A DNA stretch of 64,000 nucleotides from Klebsormidium nitens (Eukaryota > Plantae > Klebsormidiophyceae). Position 1 is the stretch's first letter. Each line of letters starts with the position of its first letter. The stretch lies in contig DF237357.1 in the NCBI GenBank assembly GCA_000708835.1, positions 19,805 through 83,804 on the forward strand. The letters are read 5' to 3'. The notes beneath the pieces are model-generated. The model made no database searches. It was not told the DNA's origin and saw only the letters and a list, made by a program, of their open reading frames with translations. Made by a program: the position numbers and the translations under genes. This document shows positions 23,201 through 35,700 of the stretch, one piece after another.

Positions 23201-26200
23201 AAGAAATGCAACCACTGGATCCGCAGGAGTTAGCCACGGAGACAGAAAATGCCTTGTCACGCAAGACGGACAGTCGGCCAAGAACAAGTCTCCCATGTCG
23301 AGGACCATGCCATCGCTCTTTAATACGGGTGAGTGAAGCTGAGTCAGTCTGCAGATCTATAACCAGGAAAAGGTGATGCAGAACGCAGTCACAGCCAGAA
23401 GTCTAAACCTTTCTACCAACCTGCCTAGCTCGCTGTCAAGCGAGCAGCCTCAGAACTACTAAATTTTGTACCATGGTCCAATGGTATTTTTCATTATAGC
23501 AGATCCACGAAGATCTTGCAGCGTTGGCTTCTCAAAGCTTCCCAAGCAATCCGTAAAAGTCCGGAAAAGCATTATCAAGGGAACGAAGAGAAGACGACAG
23601 GACCGTATCCTGTTCCATTCCACAGTTGGCGCGCTGCCTGCGAGTTCCGCTTACCTTTCCGAGATCCAACAAGTTGTTGAGGAGGCCCAAGAGGCTCGTT
23701 GCACACTGCTTGATCTGAGCCACGTTGACCTGTAAGACCCCACAGCAAACGCATCAACACAAGTGATGAGACATGTTAAGATCGCAGTTCCCGACACGCA
23801 TGTTTCAAATGCTGGAACATGTGGAGACTTGACAAACTGCGACGACAAATGAAATCGAGATCGTTCCAGTGAGCGTTGCGAAAAGAATCCGCTAATTGGG
23901 ACTTACGGCCTGTTCTGGCTGGAGCTCTTCAGCTGCTAAGAGGTCCAGCAGCCCCATGATCCCCGCCATTGGAGTCCGCAACTCGTGGGACACGTTGCTC
24001 AGGAACATGCTCTTGGCCTGCACAGCACAATGCCAAGGGAATTAGCAGAAAAGCTTGCTGAGCAAATCAAATCATTGTGCAACAAATCAATGTGCCCAGA
24101 ATGAGTCGAGAAGCAGCTTGCTGGGTAGCCAAAGCTTTGCACCAGATCGAAGGCCGTGCCCACTCGGTTGGTAGGACTACTCCGCCAACTTGAGGAAGGG
24201 TTCACTCGTCTCACTGAAGAGAACAGGTTTGAGCTCAAAAGATGCCCCAATCTGACCTAGGAAGGGCAAAGTTCAAACCAATAGTGACGAAAACGGTCAC
24301 ACATACGGAAGTAGTGGACCTTCAGGAACATCAGCAGAAATGAAGGTAACCGAATCGGATTGGGGCTTCATTGGCAGCTCATTAAAAACCGCTACTCACC
24401 TGACTGTGCGCTTCCGCCCGCCGTTTCGCCGCGTCTAGTTCGGCCTTGAGCTTCACTTCCCTTGAGACGCGCACCGTGAAGAAGACCACCAGTACGCACC
24501 CCAGAGCGAAGATGGCAACGGACAGAGAGACGAGGAAGATCACGGTGGCGCGGCTCCGCTCGTCGATGACCCCCATAATGCTTGTTCTGCAAGAATGTCG
24601 GCACACATGAGCAAAATAGCCCAACTGCGTGCTCAAAACGAAAGATAGCCGGAGTCGCGCAACTTCGCGCATTGATGACCCCCAAAAAAATTTGCCCTGC
24701 AGAGATATGGGCGCATACTGAGCCAACATGAGTGTCTGCAATCTGGGCACATATTGAGCCAACACGCGTGCCTGATGTTGGGGCCGCTTATAAAACCAAC
24801 ATACGTACTTGATATCGAGCGAAACTTGAGCCAGTAACGTGCCTGATATAGAGCGCAGTGACCCCCCGAAGCTGCGTCTCTTGCTGCTTCTGAAAATGCA
24901 AAGGCAGCAAGAAGTAAAGACGCAAAATGCCTCTACTTACTTCCAAAAAGCAGGTAAATCTCCAAGGACTTCGCTGTGAGTCTGCAATGGACTTCGAAAA
25001 TTGCGCAGAACTGGCAGGAAAGACTGCGAGTGACCGTTCCTTACTCAAAACAAGCATCCTTCTCTGCATCACTCTTCTTGAGAGGTTGGTCGCACCAGAC
25101 CCGACCAACGTCGTCAATGTCCCAGATCCTTCATCTCAAAACCCGAAGCTGCATAGATAAGATTCAGGATACGCATGACTCGAAAAACTGAAAAGAAAAA
25201 ACCGTGTCAATGCGTACCGTGGGATTGCTACCACAGCGACGACCATGAGATTGTTGAGCCGAATAGGCACCGTGTCTACATAATATCGCAACTTGCCCAG
25301 AGTCACGTCAGCAGCTTCCGTCCTAGTAGAGAGCAGGTGCTGCAAACCCCACCTGCAAAGGTGAGCGAAGGGCAGCGGTGAGGTCAGTGTCAAGATGGAG
25401 ATTGAGGGCCGGGTTATGGAGAGGGTTTTCAAAAAGAAAAGAAATTCATTTGGTAATTGACGACCGAATAGTTGTGTCGGTGGCTTCCCTCGGAGTAAAG
25501 AGCAGGTGCTGCATACCCCACCTGGAAAGGTAAGCGAAGTGGCAGCAATGACGTCACTCAAGCCAGGAGTTCGAGGACCGGGTTGTGAAGGAGGTTATTG
25601 AAAGAAATGGGCAGCAGGGTGTACGAGGTTCGACAACCCAACAGATTTGAATCGGTGCCTTCTGCCGGACGTGCTGCATACCCCACCTGCACTTGTAGCG
25701 AAAGGGCGGCAGTGACAGCATATCGGCTGGAGGTGAAGGACCGGGTTGTGGGGAAGGTGATAACAGAAAGGGGCGAGGCCAGGAAAGAGTACAAACGAGG
25801 GACTAAACAGTGACACGGGGCTATGCACTCAAGCATCCCTCGCCGCCTTTCAAGTGCCTTCGAGATGGCCTTCCGAGCATTGCAAGACTAGGTGCTCGTA
25901 ATGGCAGGTGTACTCTGCAGATTACGAGGAGATAATCTCATATTCTTCTTTCCAACAAAGGAAGACATATTTCCTCCTCATTGACCAGCACTCAACCCCT
26001 ACCGCACGTGCCAGCAACTTTCGAAGCGACCCTTACTGAAAAGTAGTATAACAGAAGATGCCTTCTTGCATCATTGCCCGCCAGCTCCGCTTTTGGCAAC
26101 GTCTTCACAAGTTCACGTCATTACATCTCCTAGCTCGATTAGCACGGACCGTACAAAGAAACGAACCAAACTCTCAACAGATCCAGAGCCAGGCAAATCG

Positions 26201-29200
26201 ACCTCGGATGCGATGGAAACGACAACGAGTGGCTCCAACCACCTGCTCGGGCCCCTTTTGATGTGTCCGCAAAGCACTTAAGTTTTCACAGTAGCAACAT
26301 ACGTTAACCGGTATGCAACTTCTGTCAGAACGCTGATTAATCGGATGGAGGCTGCCGACAAACTTCAGCAGCAGCAGCGACAAAGTTCTAACGACAGGCG
26401 CCCAGGACCAACAACAAGATTCTTGCATCCAGCTCAGCGTCAAAATATCTCGGAGCAAGCTCATGCTCTTTGAAGCAAGGCCGGAAGATGCTTACGTCTC
26501 CGTCACGAAAGCCTCTGCAGCCCGAACAGTAGGGTTTAATGACTCGTTGGCCCTCCGCAGGCGACCTCCTATCAGAAAGTCGTCGATCGGCCCCGATTTC
26601 GCGAGCAGAACGTCGTCGGCCGTTTTGAAGTACAATACTCCTGATGAACGAGGAGGCAAAACGTGAGGAGGCAGAATAGTTAGTCAGCAGGACGTTTCAA
26701 TTTTGGTCTGCAAGCATCAGGGAGAGTAACGGTGCAAGCCTCAGCTTGGTGGGGATTCTTTCAGGGGGTCAAGGGTGGGTACAGGTCCGGAGCAACCCGA
26801 TCGATGTAGTGAACAGTAACGGCCAGTGAACAGCAACGGAGACGGGTAGGGTCAGTTAGGGGGTTAGGGTGGGAACGGGTGCAGAGCGGTTGATCTTTTA
26901 GATTAGGGTTTCCATTGACGCAGAAGGCTTACTGTTCACTGGGCTTATTGCTCACGAAATTGAGGAATGCTCCCGAAGCAGGTGGATACAAGGGTTGCTG
27001 CTTTTAGTGTAGGGTTTCGCTTCTGTTCGTGTCTAAGGTGAGGAGCTTCATGATTGAGATGTTATGCAAAACACAGCGTTGATCATGCGGTGGAAGGGGT
27101 TGAAACTTGCAGAGTGACAGGTTGAGTAGGTTTAGGAGATGAAAAATACTAGCAGGCTTCCAACCATAAAGAAAAGCCAACGGCACCGGGCCACCAAGCT
27201 TCTTCATGAAGAACGTTCATAGATTTAAAGTGGCAGTATAATGGTACTGCTCTTCAACTCTGTCCTCACAGAATCTCGAAAAGAGCCGATAGTGAAAGGG
27301 GATGAAAGCAGGCAGTCGCTATTAAACAGCACTTGATTCAAGGAGGGAGGGACGGGCATCACTTACCCCCTTTGAGGTCGAATAGTGAACTGTAGTCGCT
27401 CAGGTCTCTGAGCGCCTGCGAAACGGCGTTGACCCCCAGGAAAGTCCCAGACACGTTGTCCCTCAGGGGAGTGGAAGCGACCATAACGGGAAACTGCTGA
27501 TCTGAGTAGAGAGTGCTCCAAAACACGTCCCCAGCGGACAGATTGTGAGCGCCTGTGTAGTACGGTCTCAGCCGCTTGTCGGGAACGGTCTCAAACGGTG
27601 CGGCTTGCCCCAGACGCTGGCCATTGGCGTCAAGGGAGACTTTGTAAGCCATTTGCCACCCCCCGAGGGGCGTACTGCAGAGCATACGAGGATAGAGATG
27701 AGGGGAAGTGCGCAATGGGGCGACTCTGTGCACCAAACGGCAGAAAGGAAAGAGAGAAGGTGAAGTCGAGGAGAGCTTTGTAGGCCATTTGCCACCCCCC
27801 CAGGGGCGTGCTGCAGAGCATACGAGGTTAGAGATGAAGAGAAGTGCGCAGTAGGGCGAATTGTGCACAAAACGAGGGGAGGAAAGTTGGCCAGTAGAGT
27901 CAAAGGTTACTTTGTACAGTTTGCCATTCGACCACCCCTTAGGGGCGTGCTGCAGGGACCAAGGTCCAAAAATGGAAAGGGAGTCCTCAGGAAGGCGCAT
28001 TTGTGCGGGATACGGAAGAGAGAAAAAGTTGGCCAGTGGAGTGGAGGGAGACTTTGTAGGCCATTCGCGATTCCCCCCAAGCGTGCTGCAGAGCTTAAAA
28101 AATGAGGGGAATGATGCTCTGTAGAGCGCGTTTGTGCACAATGCGGAGGTAAGAATAACTGGCCAGCGGAGTTGAGGGAGACTTTGTAGGCCATTTGTCA
28201 CCCCCCCAAGGGAAGTACTACAGAATGTCAAAAAAGACACCAATAGGAGGGGAGTGCTCTGTAGGATGTACTTCCTTCCAAGGATCAGAAGAGAATGACG
28301 AGTCTGCACTGCTGAGTACAGCGGGGCAGTCTGTTCTGCCAACGCCGCAGCTCAATCCCGGTATAAGAATCAAGATTTCATATGAATGTATCGGTGCTGT
28401 CTCTGATGTTTCTACCTGTCTTCCGGTCCGCACGCAAAGATGTTCCCAAGGGATGTAGTTCACTGCTTGCTTATGTTATATGAGTAATTCCTGCGCTGCT
28501 ATGGAGCTTGGTGTCTCCTTTTAATTCCTGCTCTGAAAGAGGCGGGCCATCAGGCTCTTTGAGAGATTCTGACAGCTTTTAGAAAGTCTTTTACCAGCAC
28601 AGCATTGTCATGTCCACTCAACATCTGCAACGCAATTCCTTTCGGACTAACAAGTCCCTCAGCTTCTGGCACAAGTCTGACAACTTTCATCGACCGTTCC
28701 GCTCTAGCATACTTGGCAACAGAGAGAACCTGTGCACATCCAGATCGTAGAATCAACTCACGTCGTGTTTGAGAAGACCTCTGTGTATCTCCGCACCCCG
28801 GATACTGTTTCTGGATTCACGTAAGAGTACTTGCCCGACCCATCATGCGTTGAACACTTCAGATCGTAGTTCCGGTTGGATACGACACCCCAGACTTGCC
28901 TCCGCATCTGGAAAACAAGCATAATAGTTGACATCTGGCTTTCATACAAGTATTGGGCTGTATGGCCGCACCTATGTGTGAACCTGTGCTCAAGTGAAAG
29001 CGGTTTGCCCCTCAAAACGTATTTCTGAAAGCTAGCTCCTCGAGTGCCACAGTCTAGGCTTAGCGTGAGGACCCTCTTCTTCTCGGCCAATTTTCTGATC
29101 ATAGTAAAAGTTTGATTGTTAGCGAAAGCTATCTTTACAAATCAATAAGCCACTGTCCTCAAAGACGGGCCGGGTGCAATGAGGCTGAGACCTTTAGCAT

Positions 29201-30901
29201 GAATAAACTGAGGGACGCGACAGACATAGCAGTCCAACTTGAATCATAGTTGCTCAGCACTTCTTTCATCTGGCATCTACTCGAAGGTGCCAAAGCCGAA
29301 GGCTTTCCAGCAATATACCACAATCCTCTCAAACTTTTAACCTCTTCTGGTTCATCCCTACGACTAACACAGAAGGCTTTGCTGCTTACCTGCTCGCCCA
29401 TGACAGCTCCCGTCAGCTGATACTGGTAGTAACATGCCTCTTCAGTCGAATGAAGTGCCGCAGCCTGGTCAGACAATACCCGGAGCATGTGTCCGGCTGA
29501 GCGGTTGAGGATTTCATGCCTGCGCAGAAAAGCATACGTTTCTTGATATAGTCCAGTGCTTTTATGCGCAAAAAAGTGTAAAACCAGAATCCTTGTCAAA
29601 ATGGCCAAATGTGGCTCCAGCGGAGCGCCAAGCATGTGCCAGCTGTGCGGTTAAGCACCTTGCATCAATATAATGCCTTCTTGATTAACTTGAAGCGGCA
29701 CTAGCAACCTACTGGATAGAGGATTAATAACATGGTAAACAGTTATTATGAAACCTTGCGGGCTTGTTCCAGAAGCTTGTGACCACAGGTAACCAAGCAC
29801 CATTCTGACAAAAGCACGGAATACAGCAATGTTCCGGCCATGTTCTGGACTCGTTGGCATTTCTGGAATGTTGAAGTAAGTAAGTAAATGCTTCCAAGCC
29901 GAATGACGCAAATCTCTCCATGTGCTTGAACTCCCAGATTGTAGAGAGCAAAAGTCGGGTTTCTACAGAAGATTCTGCTCTCAGCAGCATGTCTGCTTAG
30001 ACTAAAGTAAGGGTCCTCACCTGATAGACGACCCGAGGCTGTTCACAGCATTCTTCGTGCTCTGAGACGTCCAGAACCACGTGAATATGGTTAAGAGGCT
30101 GACGGACACAGCAAAGAGCGTCTGCACACAAAAGAGGAATGTCAGCTTCACTGTGGATGAATGGTGGCTTTCAGGAGCAAAGAGCTTTGCATTGTTAAAA
30201 AGCTTCTGAGTTGTTCTAGGCTCGAAGTTACTAGGACAGCAATGAATCGACTTTGGCAGAACAGAGCGTCCTTGACCACTGCAAAAGTCCATAGAGAGTC
30301 TGCCTCTGCCAATGCAAGTTGAGCACACCAAGTGGTCACTTGTTTGCAAATTGCAAGTCTCCGGTCAAATCACCGTCTGTCTTGTATTGCATAGCTGAAC
30401 AGTGCTTGGTGCACACTTTAACCAAGAACTTCTGGAGACTGACGTGCTGTTACGAAGGGACGCGTACTCTGCTACAGCTATGGGTACACTCAAGAAGCTT
30501 GACAGGATGCCACGAGCTCCAACACACAGCGGTAGCTCTCAGCCTTACTCTTTGCCTGATGTACGCGAAGACAGATTGGGCAAGTTGCCGAATACATTTC
30601 AATGATGCCCGGCGATGAGGTACGCAGCCAGCACAAAGGAGAACAGCAAGAAGGCCCGAATGGTTTAAAATGCCCTTAGAAGTGAATCTACAATTCAGAA
30701 GACAGGTGCATCAGGCCCAAGATGACTTACGATGATAGCGAGTCTGGCAACGAGCACCGAGTAATTTGGACGCGGCCCGGTTCCTTGCTTCCCCTCCGCT
30801 CCTGTTGACGGCGCCTCTTCCTTGGGCGACTGCGCTGCACTGCGGACTGGCATTGGTGTCATCCCAGATCCATTATCCACGATTACCTCGAGGCTCTTCA
30901 T
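17229..30901 (-). CDS. AHK1: AHK1/ATHK1-like membrane-bound hybrid histidine kinase (two TM segments, extracellular sensor domain, HisKA, HATPase, C-terminal receiver)
   Basis: Exons encode TM1 ARLAII|TLFAVSVSLLTIFTWFWTSQSTKNAVNSLGSSIR; sensor segments WQMAYKVSLDANGQRLG...PVMVASTPLRD and RYYVDTVPIRLNNLMVVAVVAIPR; TM2 MGVIDERSRATVIFLVSLSVAIFALGCVLVVFFTVRVSREVKLKAEL; H-box FLSNVSHELRTPMAGIMGLLDL; N-box VVVNLLSNAVKF; G1 VDDSGIGI; G2 THGGTGLGLGIV; receiver LRVLVAEDTPILQ...VLMDCQ|MPNVDGY...IIALTAHAM...MDGYLSKP. These segments follow Arabidopsis AHK1 as I remember it. The start codon at 30901 is tentative. Confidence 0.9.
19385..19620 (-). repeat. Three tandem copies (about 82 bp) of exon end plus donor site in the kinase gene
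   Basis: On the minus strand: AGTCCTGTCAGACAG|GTAAGTAACTGTCAAG, AGTCTTGTTCACTAG|GTAAGGAAGTGTCAAG, AGTCCTCTCAGAAAG|GTGAGCAACTGTCAAG. Donors at 19590, 19508, 19426. Confidence 0.9.
25330..25790 (-). repeat. Three tandem copies (about 165-169 bp) of acceptor plus exon start in the kinase gene
   Basis: CAG|GTGGGGT(T/A)TGCAGCAC recurs with exon-like starts at 25686, 25521 and 25352 (the real one). The upstream intron sequence (ACAACCCGGTCC...TCGCT) is also repeated. Confidence 0.9.
26808..26956. mobile_element. Second, diverged member of the MITE-like family seen at 3606-3794, in a kinase intron and in opposite orientation
   Basis: The core GACGGGTAGGGTCAGTTAGGGGGTTAGGGTGGGAACGGGTGCAGAGCGG aligns with the reverse complement of the 3606-3794 core (GACGGGTAGGGTTAGTATGGTGGTTAGGGTGGGTACGGGTGCGGAGCGG). 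It has inverted ends built from GTGAACAGTAA repeats. No clear TSD. Confidence 0.7.
27620..28290 (-). repeat. Five tandem copies (132-139 bp) of acceptor plus exon start in the kinase gene
   Basis: CTG(C/T)AG|(T/C)AC...GGGGGGTGGCAAATGGC(T/C)TACAAAGTCTCCCT-like units with exon-like starts at 28217, 28085, 27949, 27810 and 27674 (the real one). Confidence 0.92.
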
Positions 30902-32712
30902 GACCGCCTGCGAGAGCAGAGAGGTGCCAACAATGAGGGTTTGTCAAGAGATCCTCCGAGGGCCCTACGACAAAAGGGAGAACAGTGAGTGAGGTGGCAT
31001 GTCAACCGAGAGTTCATTATAGATGGGAGTCCGATTCTGCCACAGCCTAGACAACGAAGCAGTCCTGAAGTCCCAGCCGCAACAGAAAGGCACAAGCCTG
31101 ACTGAACCCTAATCGAATATGCTATATACGTGCGGTATACGTGCATAGACTATAAGCTGACCACCCTCTTCAACCCACCATCCAAAAAGCTCTCTAGTCA
31201 ACTGAACCCTATTGTTCAGCATGGCCGGACTCCTTTACATCACACTTGAGTGGCTTGCTCATATTCAAGGCTACTTGGGAAGCACACAACATTTTAAACC
31301 CTCGCACAAGGCAGGTTGGGCTCCTATTGAGGCCTGGCTCCCATTGTGCCTCGCAGACATTACACACTGGGAATCTGTCAGTCTGGAATTAGAAGCTGAA
31401 GCTTCTCAACTTCCATTAGCTAGGCATTTCAGTGAGTGGGAACCCCTCAGCGGAGGGTTGCTAACTTCCCAGAGCACGGTGTCGGCCTGGAGTGATCACA
31501 CTCACCTTCTGGTGGATAACAACAGGGCCAATACTACTATCAAGCTCAGTCAGTTGACCAAGGCCCGACGAGAGACTCTAGGCATCGGTCCTGAAACCCA
31601 TGAGCGTCAAGCGTCTCCAGATCCAGCAACCGCTCCAACTCAAACCACACACTGCTGCCGTCTAGGTTAGATTGCAACACACTTGTTGCAGCCTCGTTTC
31701 TGTCAGGTGTCTTTCAACTAGACAAGCAAAGCTCTGCGCAAGAATCAGCTTTTGCATCCCTGTGGAAGATTCACCTTCTGCATCCCTGCCCCTTCAAATA
31801 CTATCCCCCGCCCAAAGATAGGGTTCGTCTCCGAGCTACTTGCTAGCAAGCACTTTGCCAACCTGAACTAGTGCTGTTGGCATCAGGCAAGAGTGTTCCC
31901 TCACTAGCCTGTCACAAATGAGCACCAAGTCCCACGAAGCCCTGCACCGACTCCACCCTGACTGGACCAATCCTTGTTCAGACCATATTGGTACCTGCCA
32001 TCTTTCTTGCTGGCGCGCCCTGCCAGTGTACCTACTTGGCACGATACCGGTATGCTTGCAAAGAAGTGCGCCTGCGTGCGCCTTTTGCAGAAAGTTTGAG
32101 CGATCTGCTTTTTGATCGCTTTTTGGGCGCTTTTTGCGGTGGATGGAACCCGCAAACAACTAACCACGCTTCAGAGGCCGACACCTGTCTGTCTGGTACT
32201 CTCCCTGTCTGGTACTTTTCAAATAACCTGCTCTTGCATCTGGTGCTGCCACGTATAGAGGCAGTACGACTTTTGTTGAACCATTTATGGCACCGGCGAT
32301 CTGCTGACGACCTGTTTACGTCAGGCAAATCCGAATGTTGCGCTGAAGAAAGTCCGGAGTCCGTTGTCCGTTGTCAATTGTCCGTCGCGGATGTCTCCAG
32401 AATCACTCCAGATCCTTACCAAACGGTAATGGTATCTGTCGATAATGTTGAACCTCTGTGAAGATCAGCGCCACGTCGACAACTTCACGGATATACCGTA
32501 GGTAGCTCGGAACAGGCCATGGCCCTCGTGATCTCCCTGCATGGCGAGCCGTGAAATGGCCGAGCGCAGGTCGAGGAGCCACTGACGTTCGTAGGAGACG
32601 GCAGCTGGGTTTCTCCTAGGTACCGTAGTTGGGCTTGCAGGTGAAGAAGAGGGCATACAGCTCGTGCTTGACACAGGCAGGGTTGCCCAGAGATTGAGCT
32701 TGCGTGTTGGGA

Positions 32713-35700
32713 ATGGCGGGCTCGTCGGTATGTATGCGGGTTCAGCCCGCTTTGCATGTGGCACAGCGGGAAACTTGGGGCAGGCGTCATGTGGGGGATA
32801 GGCTTTCAGAACATGGCACTTGCAACAGGTAGGATGTAAAATCTGGTTGTAACCTTTGAACTCTTAGGCGAGATGCGGTTAATCAGTGAGCAGAGGAATT
32901 GTTTTTGCTGCCGGTCTGCAACAAGCAGACCTTGGAGGATTATCTGCACTTTACCATGTTGTTGGAGTGGGAGTTTGGAACACTAGCATTTCAAGCTTGC
33001 GCGAAATTGACCAATGTCCGAAGAATTTAGATGGTACAGAAGGCAGCTGAATTGAGCATTGTGGACTAGTTTGAGGAGAAAAGGTGGCTTTCAAGTATGG
33101 GAGCGTTTTCTCTGAGGGATTTGGATTGCAAGATTTTGGTTCTCTTCGGTTCAGAGACTGTAAGCTCCTGTTGTGGTCTGGTGCTCCTTGCAATTGTGGA
33201 GAAATAGTAATAAGTTTTGTTGGAAACTGTCCTTGCTTTGGAAGCGGTTGGGATTGCTGGATGGAAACTGTCCTTGCTTTGGAAGCGGTTGGGATTGCTG
33301 GAAAAAAATGTACTAGGGTCTGTTTCCATAGCGTCCTTTCTGATTTTGGACTCCAGATGTTGGGAGAGTTTTTCTTGAGTTGCTCCTGTGGACTCCTTTC
33401 GAAATTTCTCATTGAAAACAACAACAGCCGAATTTACGCAGTGCGCCACATCAAGAATGGTCGAGTCCTTGAGGCTCCAGCAGATTTTTCTCTTTCTTTG
33501 GAGGCCACTGTTGGCAGTAAAAAGTGTGCCATCTCTTGCCCCGCTTCGCCTAGTCACCTGGGTATCTACCTCTCAGAGCGTTGTTTTCTTTTACACACGA
33601 GCAATAAGAATTTGAAACAGAAAAATTTCCAGCCGTTGCAACCGGAAGCTATCCAAGGACAGTTTGTGAAAGCGTTGAGACTTCTGCAGGCCCTTTCGCC
33701 CTGCGGCGCGCAGGCCGCAGATGGTGACGCACAAAATTCACCAGTTCCAAACCACAAAAGCAGCCAGCATTAGGAACTTTCCTCGTGCCGGCACGGCAAA
33801 GTCGGTAGTTCCAATACCTTTGGCCGCTTCTCGGGAGCTTTCCTTAGGCAAGTCCGAGTCTGTGTTTCAAAAGACACAGCTGAGGTCAGGATTTTTAGGG
33901 GCGGGGCTTCGCTCCCGGAATCGAGGTCCAAGCCATGAATCAGCAACGAGGGGTGTGGGGTTTCTAAGAGGAGGGGTCCCCTGCTGCCGGCTGTCAGACT
34001 CGCTGGAGACACATGAGGGGTTAGAAAGTGCGAGAGGTTTAGGGTTCGGGTGCGCGCCTCTGCGGGGGCCCCAAAGAAGGAGGGATGTCGTAGTTAAGGA
34101 TAGTCGGAAGACGGGGTCCGGGGGGGCAGGGAGTGGGGCAAAAGCGGAGGGGCCGGTGCCCCCCCTGCACGCGGTGGCGACGCTACAGGATAATAGCACT
34201 AGGACTGAGTACCTTGATTCAGAGGTAGGTCGCACTCTCGTGATTGAAGCCGTCTCATGTCTCGTCCAGTTTGGGGGCGCCAAGATGCGTGTAGCTTCAC
34301 AGTGATGACCGGAGGACGTTGGTGACCTACCCCTTGCATGTGTGTTGGCAGCTTGAATCGTGTGGGCAACTTTTGTGAACTGGGCGACAGACTTTCAACT
34401 TTTATGTTCGAAGAGAGTGGGCTCCTGAGGTTTAGAAGATGGTAAGGTTTCAGGGCAACAGTCCTTCGCTGTGAAGAAGTTTCATTGCAGAGGCCTGTTG
34501 CACGATGTTTGGAGAGGGGGAGGCTTTTTCGGCCAATTGTGTGATATGCCAGGCAGATTTAGCAGCAGCCCAACGGTCTCCATCAAAGTCTTCTTCACTG
34601 GATAGCAGGATGTAGCATTCGCTTAGCACCACAGGGTCAGGGGGAAGATCCTAGGTGCCGCTTCACTAGCACTCCCGTGGTGCCCCTTTCCCTGCATTTT
34701 CTGATAATTCTGACATTCGACGGCCTCGTAGAATCCTTCTCCGTGTGTATCCCTGTTTTCTTCCCTTTTTGCAAGGGCGATTCGGGGCATGGGGCATCTC
34801 ACCAGGTTGGATGTTTCGGGGCAGAGTGTCAAACTTTCTTTTGTTGCCTGTGCCCATACGGTAGCTGTGAAGAGGATCGGGTTACACCAGATGCGCTTCA
34901 CAGGATAAACCCCTTAACCATAAAGCCAGCATTTTCTGATGTGGACCCGTTTTGTTTTCTTTCAGATTGTCGACAACACAAACTGGGAAGAATTTTTGCA
35001 CACACCGCTGCCGACACACCCGCGGCTCATCCGAGGACAGCTTGACAACGGGCTTCGCTACGTGATCCTTCCGAATGCGCTGCCGCCTAACAGGTATGTT
35101 TGCCATTTGTTCTTGAAGTTTCATTTTTGAAAAACAAACGATTCTTTTGTCGTCTCCTCTTGCTCCCTTTTTTCTCAAGATCTAGACTCGGTGAGAGATG
35201 CATGTAGGGAGCGTCACATAAAGTTTCTAGACTTGATTGACGAAATGAGCTCGTCATGATTTGCGTTCGCGCTTTTAGGTTCGAGGCCCATCTGGAGATG
35301 CACGTGGGGAGCGTCGACGAGTTGGACCACGAGCAAGGCGTCGCGCATCTGATCGAGCACGTGACGTTCCTCGGGAGCAAGAAGCGGGAGCGCATCCTGG
35401 GCACGGGGGCCCGCTCGAACGCATACACCGATTTTCACCACACAGTGTTCCATGTACACAGCCCGGTCAAGTCGCAGGAGACGGGAGAGGCGCTGCTGCC
35501 GCTCGTGCTGGACGCGCTGCACGAGGTAAGCAGAAACGAGCATGAAATGCGGTTCCAAACCATGAGGAGATGGCGGTTGTGTCGCTTTTCGTCCGTTCTC
35601 GGAATGCTATAGCACAGTCAAAACGTCACCGCTTCAAAGGCACTGTTTTAATCCGCTGTGGAGGTGGTTCTGCTGCGAAGCGAGTGCTAGTTTCCCTCTG

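Noticed and set aside
27620-28290. CRISPR-like reading of the regularly spaced repeat arrays (also 39060-39660 and 55076-55545)
   Set aside because: Eukaryotic context, diverged repeats, spacers homologous to each other, and no cas genes.
31212-31670. 152-aa plus-strand ORF between AHK1 and SPP
   Set aside because: No motif or exon partner; probably antisense to the kinase 5' UTR intron.
33066-33773. ORFs of 229 and 163 aa near the SPP 5' end
   Set aside because: They include the 41-bp duplication, lack the coding-like composition of true exons here and have no recognisable homology. A small transit-peptide exon inside cannot be excluded.
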